NCBI GenBank assembly: GCA_964423515.1
Contig: CAYRFL010000007.1
Span: 1,448 to 65,447 of the forward strand
Source: an uncultured archaeon
GTDB lineage: Archaea > Thermoplasmatota > Penumbrarchaeia > JASLWR01
Direction of reading: 5' to 3'
DNA length: 64,000 nucleotides
In this document: positions 17,539 through 26,820 of the stretch, in pieces
Layout: every line of letters starts with the position of its first letter
Numbering within the stretch: the stretch's first letter is position 1
Made by a program: the position numbers and the translations under genes
Notes under the pieces: model-generated
The model's input: only the letters and a program-made list of their open reading frames with translations
The model's database searches: none
Told to the model about the DNA's origin: nothing

Positions 17539-19191
17539 TCAATATTGATATGGTGAAGGACAATTCACCCCTCCCTTCAGCACCTCCAGCATCATCCTCT
17601 TCATCTTCTTTTTCGTACCGTAGTCGTACACCACCTTCACCTTCTCCTTCGTTTCGGGGTGCATTCCGGTCCAGTACATGCACGTCGATGGCGTCATGGG
17701 CGTCGGAGTGAACAGCTGGAACTGCTCCACGTTCCGAAACTCGCGGGCCCTCTCCACAAGATGCCGCATCTCTTCCATGTCATCTCCCGGATGACCGATC
17801 ATGAAATAGTACCGGAGCGACATTCTCTTCCCGGTCGACAGCTCGTCCCACAGCCCCACGAAATCGTCAAAGCGGGAGTTGTCCTTGTTCATCAGGGCGA
17901 GGACCGGCCCGGAGAAATGCTCGGGAGCTATCTTGAGGGTGCCGGAGACGTGATGATCCACCAATTCCCTCACGTATTCCCTGCTCCGTAGTGCAAGGTC
18001 GTATCGTATCCCGCTTCTCACGAATATTTTCTTGACGCCCGGGACCGCCCGCGCCTCCCTCTGGAGCCGGATCAGCTTGTCGTGGTCAAGGTTCAGGTTC
18101 CGACAATCCATGCAATCATCACGACAGATCTTCTCAGAACCCGTATCGTGGCCCGTAACGCCACCCATATCGCAGCCCGTATCGCCACCCCTGTCGAAAC
18201 CTCTCCGGCAGTCCATCCCGTACATGTTGGCCGAGGGGCCGCCCAGGTCGTCGATGATCCCCCTGAAACCGTGATGCGATGCCAGACCTTCGATCTCCCG
18301 GAGTATGCTTTCCCTCGATCTCGAGATGATGCGATCGCCCTGCAGTAATCGCAGAGCGCAGAAGTTGCAGTTCCCGATGCACCCGCGATGGGTCACAACG
18401 CTGAAACGGGCCATCTTCAGCCCGGATTCCGGATGAAGCTTTCGCGTAAATGGCAGGGAATAGATTCGGTCAAGGTCCTCGGTGGTGTATTGTGGATACC
18501 TGTACTGGACCACGTAGTTGTTGTTGTACTCCTGGGCCAGGTCCCTGTCATTGGTGAGCCTGGCGGTCATCTCGCAGAATTTTTCCGGGTCGCCCGATAC
18601 CTCGCGAAAGGACGGCAGCTTCTCGGCGGAGCCAGGATCCTTTCTCAGTATGCACGTTCCCTCGATTCCGTCGAGACTGGCAGCGCCCGAGAGCCTCGAG
18701 GCAATCTCCACAATCTGCTTCTCGCCATTACCGTAAACGAGGATGTCGGCCCGGGAGTCCAGAAGGATGCTCCGCCTCAGCTTATTGTCCCAGTAATCGT
18801 AGTGCGCGAAACGCCGCAGCGACGCCTCCACGCCGCCCAGGACCATGGGGATGCCCTTGTACTTCCTCTTGATGAGATTGCAGTAGACGATGACCGCTCT
18901 ATCGGGGATCTGCCCGATCCGGTTGTGTTCGTCGCGGATCCGTTTACGCTTCATGGGAGTGTAGTTGTGCACCATTGAGTCAATGGAACCGGACGTGACG
19001 CCGAAGAACAAACGGGGGGGCCCGAGACGGGCGATGTCCTCCGCACTCTCCGGCTTCTCGATAATGCCGATGCTGTACCCTTCCGCATCCAGAACCCTTG
19101 CTATCACCCCCGCTGGCGACAGAGGGTGGTCGTCGTAGTACTCCGCGGTAACGAGGATGATGTCGTTCTCGGTGCCGGTTCGGGTTATCAT
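17539..19191 (-). CDS. ygiQ: YgiQ-family radical SAM protein
   Basis: The N-terminus LVTAEYYDDHPLSPAGVIARVLDAEGYSIGIIEKPE and the radical SAM core HRGCIGNCNFCAL fit the family. It carries a Gly/Asp/Cys-rich insertion. Confidence 0.85.
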   Translation of the reverse strand: MITRTGTENDIILVTAEYYDDHPLSPAGVIARVLDAEGYSIGIIEKPESAEDIARLGPPRLFFGVTSGSIDSMVHNYTPMKRKRIRDEHNRIGQIPDRAVIVYCNLIKRKYKGIPMVLGGVEASLRRFAHYDYWDNKLRRSILLDSRADILVYGNGEKQIVEIASRLSGAASLDGIEGTCILRKDPGSAEKLPSFREVSGDPEKFCEMTARLTNDRDLAQEYNNNYVVQYRYPQYTTEDLDRIYSLPFTRKLHPESGLKMARFSVVTHRGCIGNCNFCALRLLQGDRIISRSRESILREIEGLASHHGFRGIIDDLGGPSANMYGMDCRRGFDRGGDTGCDMGGVTGHDTGSEKICRDDCMDCRNLNLDHDKLIRLQREARAVPGVKKIFVRSGIRYDLALRSREYVRELVDHHVSGTLKIAPEHFSGPVLALMNKDNSRFDDFVGLWDELSTGKRMSLRYYFMIGHPGDDMEEMRHLVERAREFRNVEQFQLFTPTPMTPSTCMYWTGMHPETKEKVKVVYDYGTKKKMKRMMLEVLKGGVNCPSPYQY

Positions 19192-19380
19192 CGGGACCTT
19201 TATACGGCTCTATGGATTTAGAATTATTGGAGGGACAGTGATTCAACTGACGGAGGAATGAGATTCGTTTCTTAATCGGAACGAATGATCGGATATTCGT
19301 TTCAAAATCAGAACAAATGTTTCGGGGAAGCATTTATGATCAAGCGGCATATGTATTTTATTTCAGCCGGACAGACTGAA

Positions 19381-19629
19381 TCAATATACCTTTCCCCTGT
19401 GCCCTATCCTCAACACTAAAACCCCATCCCCCATCTTCGCGTATATCACCCGGTAATCGCCGATACGATACTTGTACAATCCCCTGTACTGGCCCTTCAA
19501 AGGGCTTCCCGCATCCGGATTCTCCGAGAGAGCTTGTTCCAGCTTGTCCAGAATTCTTCCTATCTGGGATTTATCGATATTCTTCAGATCCCTTGAAACG
19601 GATGACTTGTATTCCACCTTAGACGCCAA
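19381..19629 (-). CDS. RelE/ParE-family type II toxin
   Basis: 82 aa. The C-terminus YRIGDYRVIYAKMGDGVLVLRIGHRGKVY is typical, and the gene overlaps the upstream antitoxin by 11 nt. Confidence 0.85.
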   Translation of the reverse strand: MASKVEYKSSVSRDLKNIDKSQIGRILDKLEQALSENPDAGSPLKGQYRGLYKYRIGDYRVIYAKMGDGVLVLRIGHRGKVY

Positions 19630-19837
19630 GTCGTTCCCTCAGTTCTTTGCCGGAAATGACCTCGTCATCCTTGTCATGCAGGCGTTCGAACGCGATCATG
19701 TAATCCGCATACTCAAGGAGATAGGTTTCGATGGACTTCCTTATCAGATACGTTCTCGTTCGATCCAGGGTATCGGCTAATCGATCCAACTCCCCGGCCG
19801 TATCATCGGGTAAGCGTATGCATATGGAGGTGCTCAT
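19619..19837 (-). CDS. ribbon-helix-helix antitoxin
   Basis: STSICIRLPDDTAGELDRLADTLDRTRTYLIRKSIETYL is an RHH fold pattern. The gene is coupled to the RelE gene. Confidence 0.75.
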   Translation of the reverse strand: MSTSICIRLPDDTAGELDRLADTLDRTRTYLIRKSIETYLLEYADYMIAFERLHDKDDEVISGKELRERLGV

Positions 19838-19970
19838 TGTTTCACCACGTATTTCATTGTATTACAAGTATATTAATGTATTACGTCGCAATGCATATAT
19901 GAAAGAAACTCCATTGTAAAAGGATATGATTAAAAGCTGATTCCTCCGTTGCACCTGTGCGTTCGATGGA

Positions 19971-20672
19971 TTACGCCAAATCTTTTTCCCCCGCTTCGAG
20001 ATCGATTTTCTCCAATCTGTACATTCCAATGTAAACGCTGACGTATGATAAAGATTGAAAAAGAGAATATGCGGTTATCGTTGTTAATACGATTATCACG
20101 GATGCCTGCACGTTTTTTATCAAGAAGTCATTATCGATAATGAACAGGACCCCATTCACGATATAGAAAAGAATAAACAGGGTACTCACGAAAAACGATA
20201 GAAATGCGGTTATCTTTATCGATCTCCTGTTCGGTAGAGAATATTTTAGTTTCGACAAATGGCTGACGTACAACATGTTTCCGATTCCAAGGACCATGGA
20301 AATGATTATCATAGGCAATAGGGTCCAAATCCATTTTTTGCCGTTGAGTACCTCGTCCAATATTATCAATAATATCGGCAATAGGATGGCGCATCCAATT
20401 GTTATTTTCGTTGCCATCAGTACCTTCGTTGCATGTTCATCGTCGAAATCATGCCTTCTTGAACAAAGGTACAACATACCAACGATATAGCATATCAACG
20501 AAAGGATTGTCAGGAAAAATGCCAGAACCAATAACTCCGCTCCCTCATCGCTTATGCCCCCAAACAACAGATATAATACTATTAGAACCCCCTCCAGCGT
20601 AAAAAAGTAAAACGCAAGGGCATTCAAAAGGTAGCCACTTCTACTTGGATATCGATTAGCCATTTGCACCAT
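19971..20672 (-). CDS. multipass membrane protein in an AT-rich islet (hypothetical)
   Basis: 233 aa with about 6-7 hydrophobic helices and AT-rich codon usage unlike the neighbouring genes. Confidence 0.6.
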   Translation of the reverse strand: MVQMANRYPSRSGYLLNALAFYFFTLEGVLIVLYLLFGGISDEGAELLVLAFFLTILSLICYIVGMLYLCSRRHDFDDEHATKVLMATKITIGCAILLPILLIILDEVLNGKKWIWTLLPMIIISMVLGIGNMLYVSHLSKLKYSLPNRRSIKITAFLSFFVSTLFILFYIVNGVLFIIDNDFLIKNVQASVIIVLTTITAYSLFQSLSYVSVYIGMYRLEKIDLEAGEKDLA

Positions 20673-20710
20673 CTATAACTGCCTCTTTCTAATCTTATGA
20701 TATAGAATAT

Positions 20711-20858
20711 AAGGTCGGCTATCGCCTCCCACGAGGGCCCTTGCCCTCGTTGTTTAGCATTATCTTATCTTTCTGTTAATTTTTGTAAAAGGGCCTGTAT
20801 GCGCGTACACCACCCCTTTGCCCCTCCCCCGCTACCAGGCCCTTTTACTAAAGAGAGC
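20711..20858 (+). repeat. intergenic repeat family 2, copy A (hairpin-rich element)
   Basis: Aligns with 53385..53528. Contains the hairpin ACGAGGGC-CCTT-GCCCTCGT (20731..20750) and a 13-bp inverted repeat GTAAAAGGGCCTG / CAGGCCCTTTTAC (20785..20797 and 20836..20848) around a C-rich loop. Confidence 0.6.
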
Positions 20859-20885
20859 AAGTAGAACGGTAATTTCAGATTCACC

Positions 20886-23800
20886 CTACCCCAGCTTTCC
20901 CTTCACGCCGCAGCTCGGGCACTTTATCTTCCTGGCGTTCTTCTCGATGTAGAAAGTGGCATCGCACTTAGGGCATTCCACCTTCTCTCCCGCAGCTTCC
21001 TTCTTCGCCCTTCCAAGCGCCTCGTCCAGCGTGACCTTCTTCACCGGCTCGCGTACCGCTTCTCGTGCCGCCTTCACCGCCTCCTCACTGGCCGGGGGAA
21101 GCCTCTTGATGGTGGCCCTGTGCTTGGCCAGGAGCTTCTCGTATTCGCTCTTCTTGATGTCGCCCTTGGCCTTGCAGTGCGGGCAGGTGATGTCCTTGTA
21201 TGTGTTGGTCATGAAGGCCTTGTCGCACTTGGGGCATCTAATCCTCACGCCGGTCTCCATCGGGTCGGCTGCGGTGGACGCGGGTAGCGTCGGCTGCTTC
21301 GCCAGTGCCGCAGGTGACGGAATCTTCTTAGCTTTGGGCTCCTTCCTGGCCGGCTCCTCCTCTGGTTCCATTGCGCGCTTCAGCGCCTTCTCGATCCTCT
21401 CCCGAAGGATGGGAGGCACCGGTGTGTTGGTCTTTCCCCCCGTACCGCATTGCGGACATTCCATCACGAGGGGCCTCTCGCCATAATCCTCCACCTCGAA
21501 GGCTGCGCCGCACTTGGGGCAGAGTATGGGCTGTTTTACCGGATCTATGAGGTCCCTGATGGGTATCTTCGGTTCCGCTGCCGCGGTCCTCGTCACCGCC
21601 TCGGTTCCGTACAGGTCCTCCGAATCGTCCCCGCCATCGGATACACCCAACTCTTCCACGTCCGTATCGGCCCCCAGTTTTCCTTTACCCGTCTTCGGTT
21701 TTCTCTTTCTCCTTATCACCAGGAAATATCCGGCTACAAGTATCACTAGAACTATTATCGCCATTCCGCCGTACTGGGCGAATTCGCCCTCCGGGAGGAA
21801 CGGTATTATCTTGAGGCCTCCACTATCATCGTCATCGTCATCCCCGGTTGCCGCCGGCCTGGTCAGGGTCACGTTCACGGAATCGTACGCAACATACTGC
21901 GGATACTTGTCGCTTCTGAGCTCCACGTAGATATCGTAATCGCCAGCGGACCTAAGGGTAAACTCATGCTCGATATCATCGAAATCCTCCGTGAAGGTCT
22001 CGGAATCCACCTCCTCGTCGCCCTTCCTGAGCGTAACGATGACCTCGTCGATGAAATTGCCCTCGGCGGAGCACCTCACGGTGAAGGTTATCTTTACTTT
22101 CGTCCATTTTTTTCCGTTCGAGGGCTCCGTGATCTCTATGCTCGGGGTGTCCAGCTTCACCTCTTCCTCCTTCTCGAGTATGAGTAGCGTCATGGTGGCG
22201 CTGTGATTGCCGCCCCTGTCGTCATCCACCGTCAGAGTTATCTCGTATGTACCGGGAGTATCGTACACATGCTCCACTTGCTCGGTCCCAGCATCCATGC
22301 CGTCCCCGAGATCCCAGCTGTAGGACAGGCCATCCTCGTCCGCGTCGGTGGAAGCGGCGGCGGTGAGGGTCACAATATCTCCCTCGTATATGTCCTCGGT
22401 ATTGACAAGGGTTATCACAGCCTCCGGCGGCGTGTTGATCAATACCAGGAGCGTATCGTTGTCCATGGCGCCCGAACTGTCGGTCACGGTGAGCGTCACC
22501 TCGTACTCGCCTGCCTCGTCGTACTCATGGGTAGGGATCTTCCCCTTTTCCGTTCTTTCGTCACCCATCTTCCAGGAGTATGTGAGGTTGTCCGTTTCAT
22601 CGCCGTCTATCACCCCGTTCCCGTCGATATCGTCATCGGGATCGTAGCTGGCGGAGGCGTCGAAGGCCAGTTCCTCGCCGATATTGGCCAGCATGTCCTC
22701 CCCTGCCTCGGCCACGGGCCCAAGGTTATGAATCTCGATGATAAGGTCCGCCTCGTCGCTGGCGGTCCCGCCCCTGCCGTCCTGCACCCATAGAACCACG
22801 ATATATTCACCGGGGCTCTCGTAGATATGGGTTACCTCGGGGCCCTCTTCGTCTATCTCACCGTCGCTCTCGAAGTCCCACTGAAAGGTGAGCTCGTCCC
22901 CGTCCTCGTCGTACGAGGAAAGACCGTCGAAGGAGAGTTCCTCGTCCACAAAGCCGCTCACGTCTCCCATGAGAACAGCTACCGGGGGCTCGTTCACAGT
23001 GATATCCACGCTGTCGGTGTCGTTGGCCCCGAAGGGATCTGAAACCGAGAGGTTCACGGTGTAGGTCCCGCGGCTGGTGAACTTGAATGAGGGGGATTCG
23101 CTCTGGGAATCGATCACCCCGTCGCCGTCGAAATCCCACTTGTAATAAAGCCTCTCATCGTCGCTGTCCGACGAATTCCCTGCAAAGAATCTGATCGTCT
23201 GATTCACGTTTATGAGCTTCTGGTTGCCCACTACCTCGATCTTTGCATGTGGCTCCCTGTTAACGGCAATGGTAACGTCGATCGTATCGGTGTCGTTGGC
23301 CCCGCTGGGATCCTCCACCAGAAGTGTGGCCGTGTAGCTGCCAGCCTCGTCGAAGGCGTGGTCCGCGGTCTTGTTATGATCGTCCCATACCCCATCACTC
23401 TCGAAGTCCCACATGTACGACAGCGTATCGCCGTCCTCGTCGGTGGATTCCCCTCCCTCGAAGGTCAGTTCCTCCCCCACCCGGGCCTTCCCCTCGTCGC
23501 TGACGTTGGCTTTGGCATTGGGGGGATGATTGGGGGTCATGGTCACCGTTATGGTGGCCTCGGCTGTTGAGCTGGCACCGTGGATGTCTGAAACGGTGAG
23601 TGTGATGTTATGCATTCCCTCCGGCATTATCCGTGAGAAGGAACGCTGATTCGATAGCTGGCCCAGCTTGTCGGAACGCCATTCGAAGGTGTCGAGTTCC
23701 TCGTTCCCGTTGGGGTCGGTGGTATGGGTGCCGTCGAAAAGTATTGTATCGGATGTGAAGTAATTCTCTCCGTCCGCCGGAGAGCTGATGACCGCATGGG

Positions 23801-26141
23801 GCGGTGAATTTCCCGAGAAGGAGAGAGCGTATACGTCCTTGTTGCCGTAATCGTCGGAATCCCAGGTCACCCAGAAGTTACCTGCGCCGTCCTGCAGTAT
23901 GCACGGGTCCGTGTTGTCCGACATGTCCGTGGGCAGCTCCTTCGACTCCGAAAAGTCCACCAGGTCGGTGGACTCGGTGAGGAACACGGTGTCAGAATCG
24001 TCGGAATAAACGAGTCGGAACATCCCCGAAATGTCACGGAACAGATGCGGGTGATGATTCCCGGTCACGGTATAGGTTATCCTACGGGGCGTGGAAAAGT
24101 TGAACTCATTGTAGAACACCGTCTTCCATATCTCGTAATTTCCCGTCCGGTCGCTGGAAAAGATGACGGATACGTTGCCATCGGGCCCCTCGGTGAGGGA
24201 GGGCTCGCAGTTCATGGAAAGACCCGTCGCAGCCGTCTTGGGCACCGAAAGAGAGAAAACGTTGTTGCCGTGGCTTATCCTCACGGCGGATCCCACCGGC
24301 TGGGGCTCGTCGATATCGTACGCCAGGAATATCCTCCCGTCGGGCCGCTGATACAGCATCGGATGCCTCTCATCGTAGGGACTGGAGGTCACTTTGATGG
24401 ACTCGGACCAGTATCCTCCCCATCGTGAGTGCTTTATATAGATGTCATAGTTCCCTCCAATATCGCTGGCATAGGCTACGACGTACGTCAGATTGTCAAG
24501 CTGAAGGAGGCTGGGCTCCCTCTCCGAGGACGAAGCGGAGGTCACATTGATCGGAGCCGCCCAATCGACCCCGTTCACAGAGCTCTTCAGGTATATGTTC
24601 CGGTCGCCGTCCCGCTGACTCGACCACGCGCACCAGAATACACCGTAGCTGTCGAATATGGTGCTGGACTCGACGTCCACCGAGCTGTGGTCGGTGATGT
24701 GCTTGGGCCTCGATATCTCCTTGATGACCAGGAGCCGTGAATCCGAATCGGACCAGCTGCCGTTGTCATCCCTGACGCGAAGGGATATGGTGTGGTTACC
24801 GGTGGTAAGGGATGTGGTGGAAAAGTCCTGCTGGTTGGATATTACCCCCTCGATAGACGAGCTCCACTTCCATTCCGATATGCTGCCGTCGTCCTGGCCC
24901 TCTCCCGTGAACTCCACCCGATCCAGCTTGAACGCCGGGTTGGGAGTTATCGATACAATGCTGCAGGTGGGTCTCGGATTGACCCCGGAATTGTCCACGG
25001 TGACCTGCACAGACTGGACATCGGACTCCTCCAGGGAATCGTTGGACTTTGCCGAGATGACATGAGGCCCGTTCGCAACGAGTGTCGTATCCCAGTTCAG
25101 AAGCCAATTCTCCGTACCCACCGTCCTGTGCCACATCCCCCCGTCGAAGCTTACCCATACGCTCTCCACGGAGCCGTCATCGCTGGCGGTTCCCTGCACC
25201 GTTACGGTGGAGTTCACGGTGTCGCCGTCGTTCGGATTCGTAATGCTAACACCGGGTTTCTCGTTCTCCGCCACCACCACGAACGACGCATCCGTATCCG
25301 TGGCACCGTCATCGTCCGTCACCCTCAGCGTCGCCTGGTAGTTACCGGCAGCGGAGTACCTGTGTGACGTGTGGCCGCTGGTCTCGGAGGACCAGTCGTA
25401 TCTGCCGTCTCCCTCGAAATCCCATTCGTACAGCACTATGTATCCATCCTGGTCGGAGCCGCTTCCGCGCAGCTCTGCTGTTTCGCCCTCCCTGATGCTG
25501 ATATCGGAGCCGGCATCGGCCACTGGATTGAAGTTAGCCTCGGCATAGTCCACGTCCATGGAAGTATCGTACCTCTGGGAATCATACAGTAACTGTACGT
25601 TGCTGCTGGACGTGTTGGCGATGATCTCCAGGGACATCCTTTCGTCCTGCAGTATATCCGATGTGGGGATATCGTCGGTCAGTAGATAGGTCCTCGCCAT
25701 AACGGGAGGCAGGAAATAATGCGTCTGCTGGGACTCCTTTATCACCCGGCCGCCGCCCTTCAGTATGAACTTCATATCCAGAAGTGCCACGGGCAGGGCG
25801 CCCGCGTTCCTGAGAGTGTACCTGTAGGTCACTGTGCCGCCTACCCTTGCCCTCGATTCCGGAACTGTGTAGCTCCACTCTCCAACCGTGGGCCAGGGGT
25901 CCAGTATGGACGCTCGGGGAATGGAAATGGTGTTGGCGGTATTGCCGGCAGGTGGCTCCATCGAGAGGGTGCTCTGGCCCTTGAGATAGAATGTCACCAT
26001 CCCCCTGCTCGGGCCGTCACCGGACTCGGATACCGCTGGCACGGAGAATACTGTCAGCAGAAGAAGGAATACCGTGAATGCCGAAACGGATGATCTGAAT
26101 GTCGTATGCGCACTAGAAAATCGTAATGATAGCGATCCCAT
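20886..26141 (-). CDS. giant surface protein: signal peptide, about 10 PKD domains, BNR/sialidase-like beta-propeller region, TM, cytoplasmic tail with three zinc ribbons
   Basis: Signal FTVFLLLLTVFSVPAVS. Repeated PKD signatures (YxWDFxxDG...H.Y...G.Y.V.L.V.D..G). DRNIYLKSSVNGVDWAAP and GNYDIYIKHS propeller-like repeats. TM helix MAIIVLVILVAGYFLVI followed by RRKRK. Tail motifs CPKCG..CPQCG, CPKCD..CPHC and CPKCD..CPSCG. Confidence 0.9.
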   Translation of the reverse strand: MGSLSLRFSSAHTTFRSSVSAFTVFLLLLTVFSVPAVSESGDGPSRGMVTFYLKGQSTLSMEPPAGNTANTISIPRASILDPWPTVGEWSYTVPESRARVGGTVTYRYTLRNAGALPVALLDMKFILKGGGRVIKESQQTHYFLPPVMARTYLLTDDIPTSDILQDERMSLEIIANTSSSNVQLLYDSQRYDTSMDVDYAEANFNPVADAGSDISIREGETAELRGSGSDQDGYIVLYEWDFEGDGRYDWSSETSGHTSHRYSAAGNYQATLRVTDDDGATDTDASFVVVAENEKPGVSITNPNDGDTVNSTVTVQGTASDDGSVESVWVSFDGGMWHRTVGTENWLLNWDTTLVANGPHVISAKSNDSLEESDVQSVQVTVDNSGVNPRPTCSIVSITPNPAFKLDRVEFTGEGQDDGSISEWKWSSSIEGVISNQQDFSTTSLTTGNHTISLRVRDDNGSWSDSDSRLLVIKEISRPKHITDHSSVDVESSTIFDSYGVFWCAWSSQRDGDRNIYLKSSVNGVDWAAPINVTSASSSEREPSLLQLDNLTYVVAYASDIGGNYDIYIKHSRWGGYWSESIKVTSSPYDERHPMLYQRPDGRIFLAYDIDEPQPVGSAVRISHGNNVFSLSVPKTAATGLSMNCEPSLTEGPDGNVSVIFSSDRTGNYEIWKTVFYNEFNFSTPRRITYTVTGNHHPHLFRDISGMFRLVYSDDSDTVFLTESTDLVDFSESKELPTDMSDNTDPCILQDGAGNFWVTWDSDDYGNKDVYALSFSGNSPPHAVISSPADGENYFTSDTILFDGTHTTDPNGNEELDTFEWRSDKLGQLSNQRSFSRIMPEGMHNITLTVSDIHGASSTAEATITVTMTPNHPPNAKANVSDEGKARVGEELTFEGGESTDEDGDTLSYMWDFESDGVWDDHNKTADHAFDEAGSYTATLLVEDPSGANDTDTIDVTIAVNREPHAKIEVVGNQKLINVNQTIRFFAGNSSDSDDERLYYKWDFDGDGVIDSQSESPSFKFTSRGTYTVNLSVSDPFGANDTDSVDITVNEPPVAVLMGDVSGFVDEELSFDGLSSYDEDGDELTFQWDFESDGEIDEEGPEVTHIYESPGEYIVVLWVQDGRGGTASDEADLIIEIHNLGPVAEAGEDMLANIGEELAFDASASYDPDDDIDGNGVIDGDETDNLTYSWKMGDERTEKGKIPTHEYDEAGEYEVTLTVTDSSGAMDNDTLLVLINTPPEAVITLVNTEDIYEGDIVTLTAAASTDADEDGLSYSWDLGDGMDAGTEQVEHVYDTPGTYEITLTVDDDRGGNHSATMTLLILEKEEEVKLDTPSIEITEPSNGKKWTKVKITFTVRCSAEGNFIDEVIVTLRKGDEEVDSETFTEDFDDIEHEFTLRSAGDYDIYVELRSDKYPQYVAYDSVNVTLTRPAATGDDDDDDSGGLKIIPFLPEGEFAQYGGMAIIVLVILVAGYFLVIRRKRKPKTGKGKLGADTDVEELGVSDGGDDSEDLYGTEAVTRTAAAEPKIPIRDLIDPVKQPILCPKCGAAFEVEDYGERPLVMECPQCGTGGKTNTPVPPILRERIEKALKRAMEPEEEPARKEPKAKKIPSPAALAKQPTLPASTAADPMETGVRIRCPKCDKAFMTNTYKDITCPHCKAKGDIKKSEYEKLLAKHRATIKRLPPASEEAVKAAREAVREPVKKVTLDEALGRAKKEAAGEKVECPKCDATFYIEKNARKIKCPSCGVKGKLG

Positions 26142-26561
26142 CTTTATTCCTCCGGGACTGTTTCCCAGGGTTATTTAATGGCCAATCCAACCTATTCAGA
26201 GCCTGGCCGTACCCTTACCCGAATACGCATATATAATTATTACCCAATCTTGTTATGCACAGGGCTATTCCCTCGAATATACCGGGCGTGGTATCCCGAA
26301 TTAGTTTCACTCCCCTCTTTTTTCGTTAACTCGTGATCAGCACGAGATGGGATTTGATTGTCGTTCTGAAGCTTTCGTTAGATACGTTTTCTTCAACAGG
26401 AGGGCCTGCGACGCAAGAAACGCAGGCCCGATACCATGATACCAATATATATAAAAAGAAGGGGGCGTGGACCCGTAGGGCCGATTCTGCTTCATCATAT
26501 ATGAAAAGGGACGAGCAATTATTTAGAGTGGCAGTCCATGGGGGCGGTCTCGAAGCGATGA

Positions 26562-26678
26562 ATGGGCAGGGGCCGGTATTCACGCGGGATCGAACAGGTA
26601 TTCGAATTCAAGTCGGGAATGCTCGGTATCGAGTGTAACAACAAGATCACAATATCATCGGGGATGAACTCAATATGA
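26562..26678 (+). CDS. candidate upstream ORF 1 (38 aa) copying the RNase R N-terminus
   Basis: Encodes MGRGRYSRGIEQVFEFKSGMLGIECNNKITISSGMNSI. Its TGA overlaps the next ATG as ATGA at 26675..26678. Below the ORF-track size cutoff. Confidence 0.3.
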   Translation: MGRGRYSRGIEQVFEFKSGMLGIECNNKITISSGMNSI

Positions 26679-26820
26679 GGAACGGGCGAGGAAAAGAATT
26701 CAGGGTGGGAACGTTCGATATCGAGCATTACAACAAGATTACAATATCATCAGGGACGGACTTACAATGAGGAATGGTCAGGTATTCGAATTCAAATCGG
26801 GAACGTTCGGTATCGAGTAT
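26583..26820 (+). repeat. 92-nt tandem repeat (about 2.6 copies) spanning the RNase R start
   Basis: ATGAGGAA occurs at 26675 and 26767. GGTATTCGAATTCAA(G/A)TCGGGAA..TCGGTATCGAGT occurs at about 26597 and about 26781. Confidence 0.8.
26675..26770 (+). CDS. candidate upstream ORF 2 (31 aa) copying the RNase R N-terminus
   Basis: Encodes MRNGRGKEFRVGTFDIEHYNKITISSGTDLQ. Its TGA overlaps the RNase R ATG as ATGA at 26767..26770. Confidence 0.35.
   Translation: MRNGRGKEFRVGTFDIEHYNKITISSGTDLQ

Noticed and set aside
26333-26638. A 101-aa plus-strand ORF upstream of rnr.
   Set aside because: Its composition is unconvincing. It reads through the 92-nt repeat in a frame that does not preserve the shared peptide motif, and there is no RBS.
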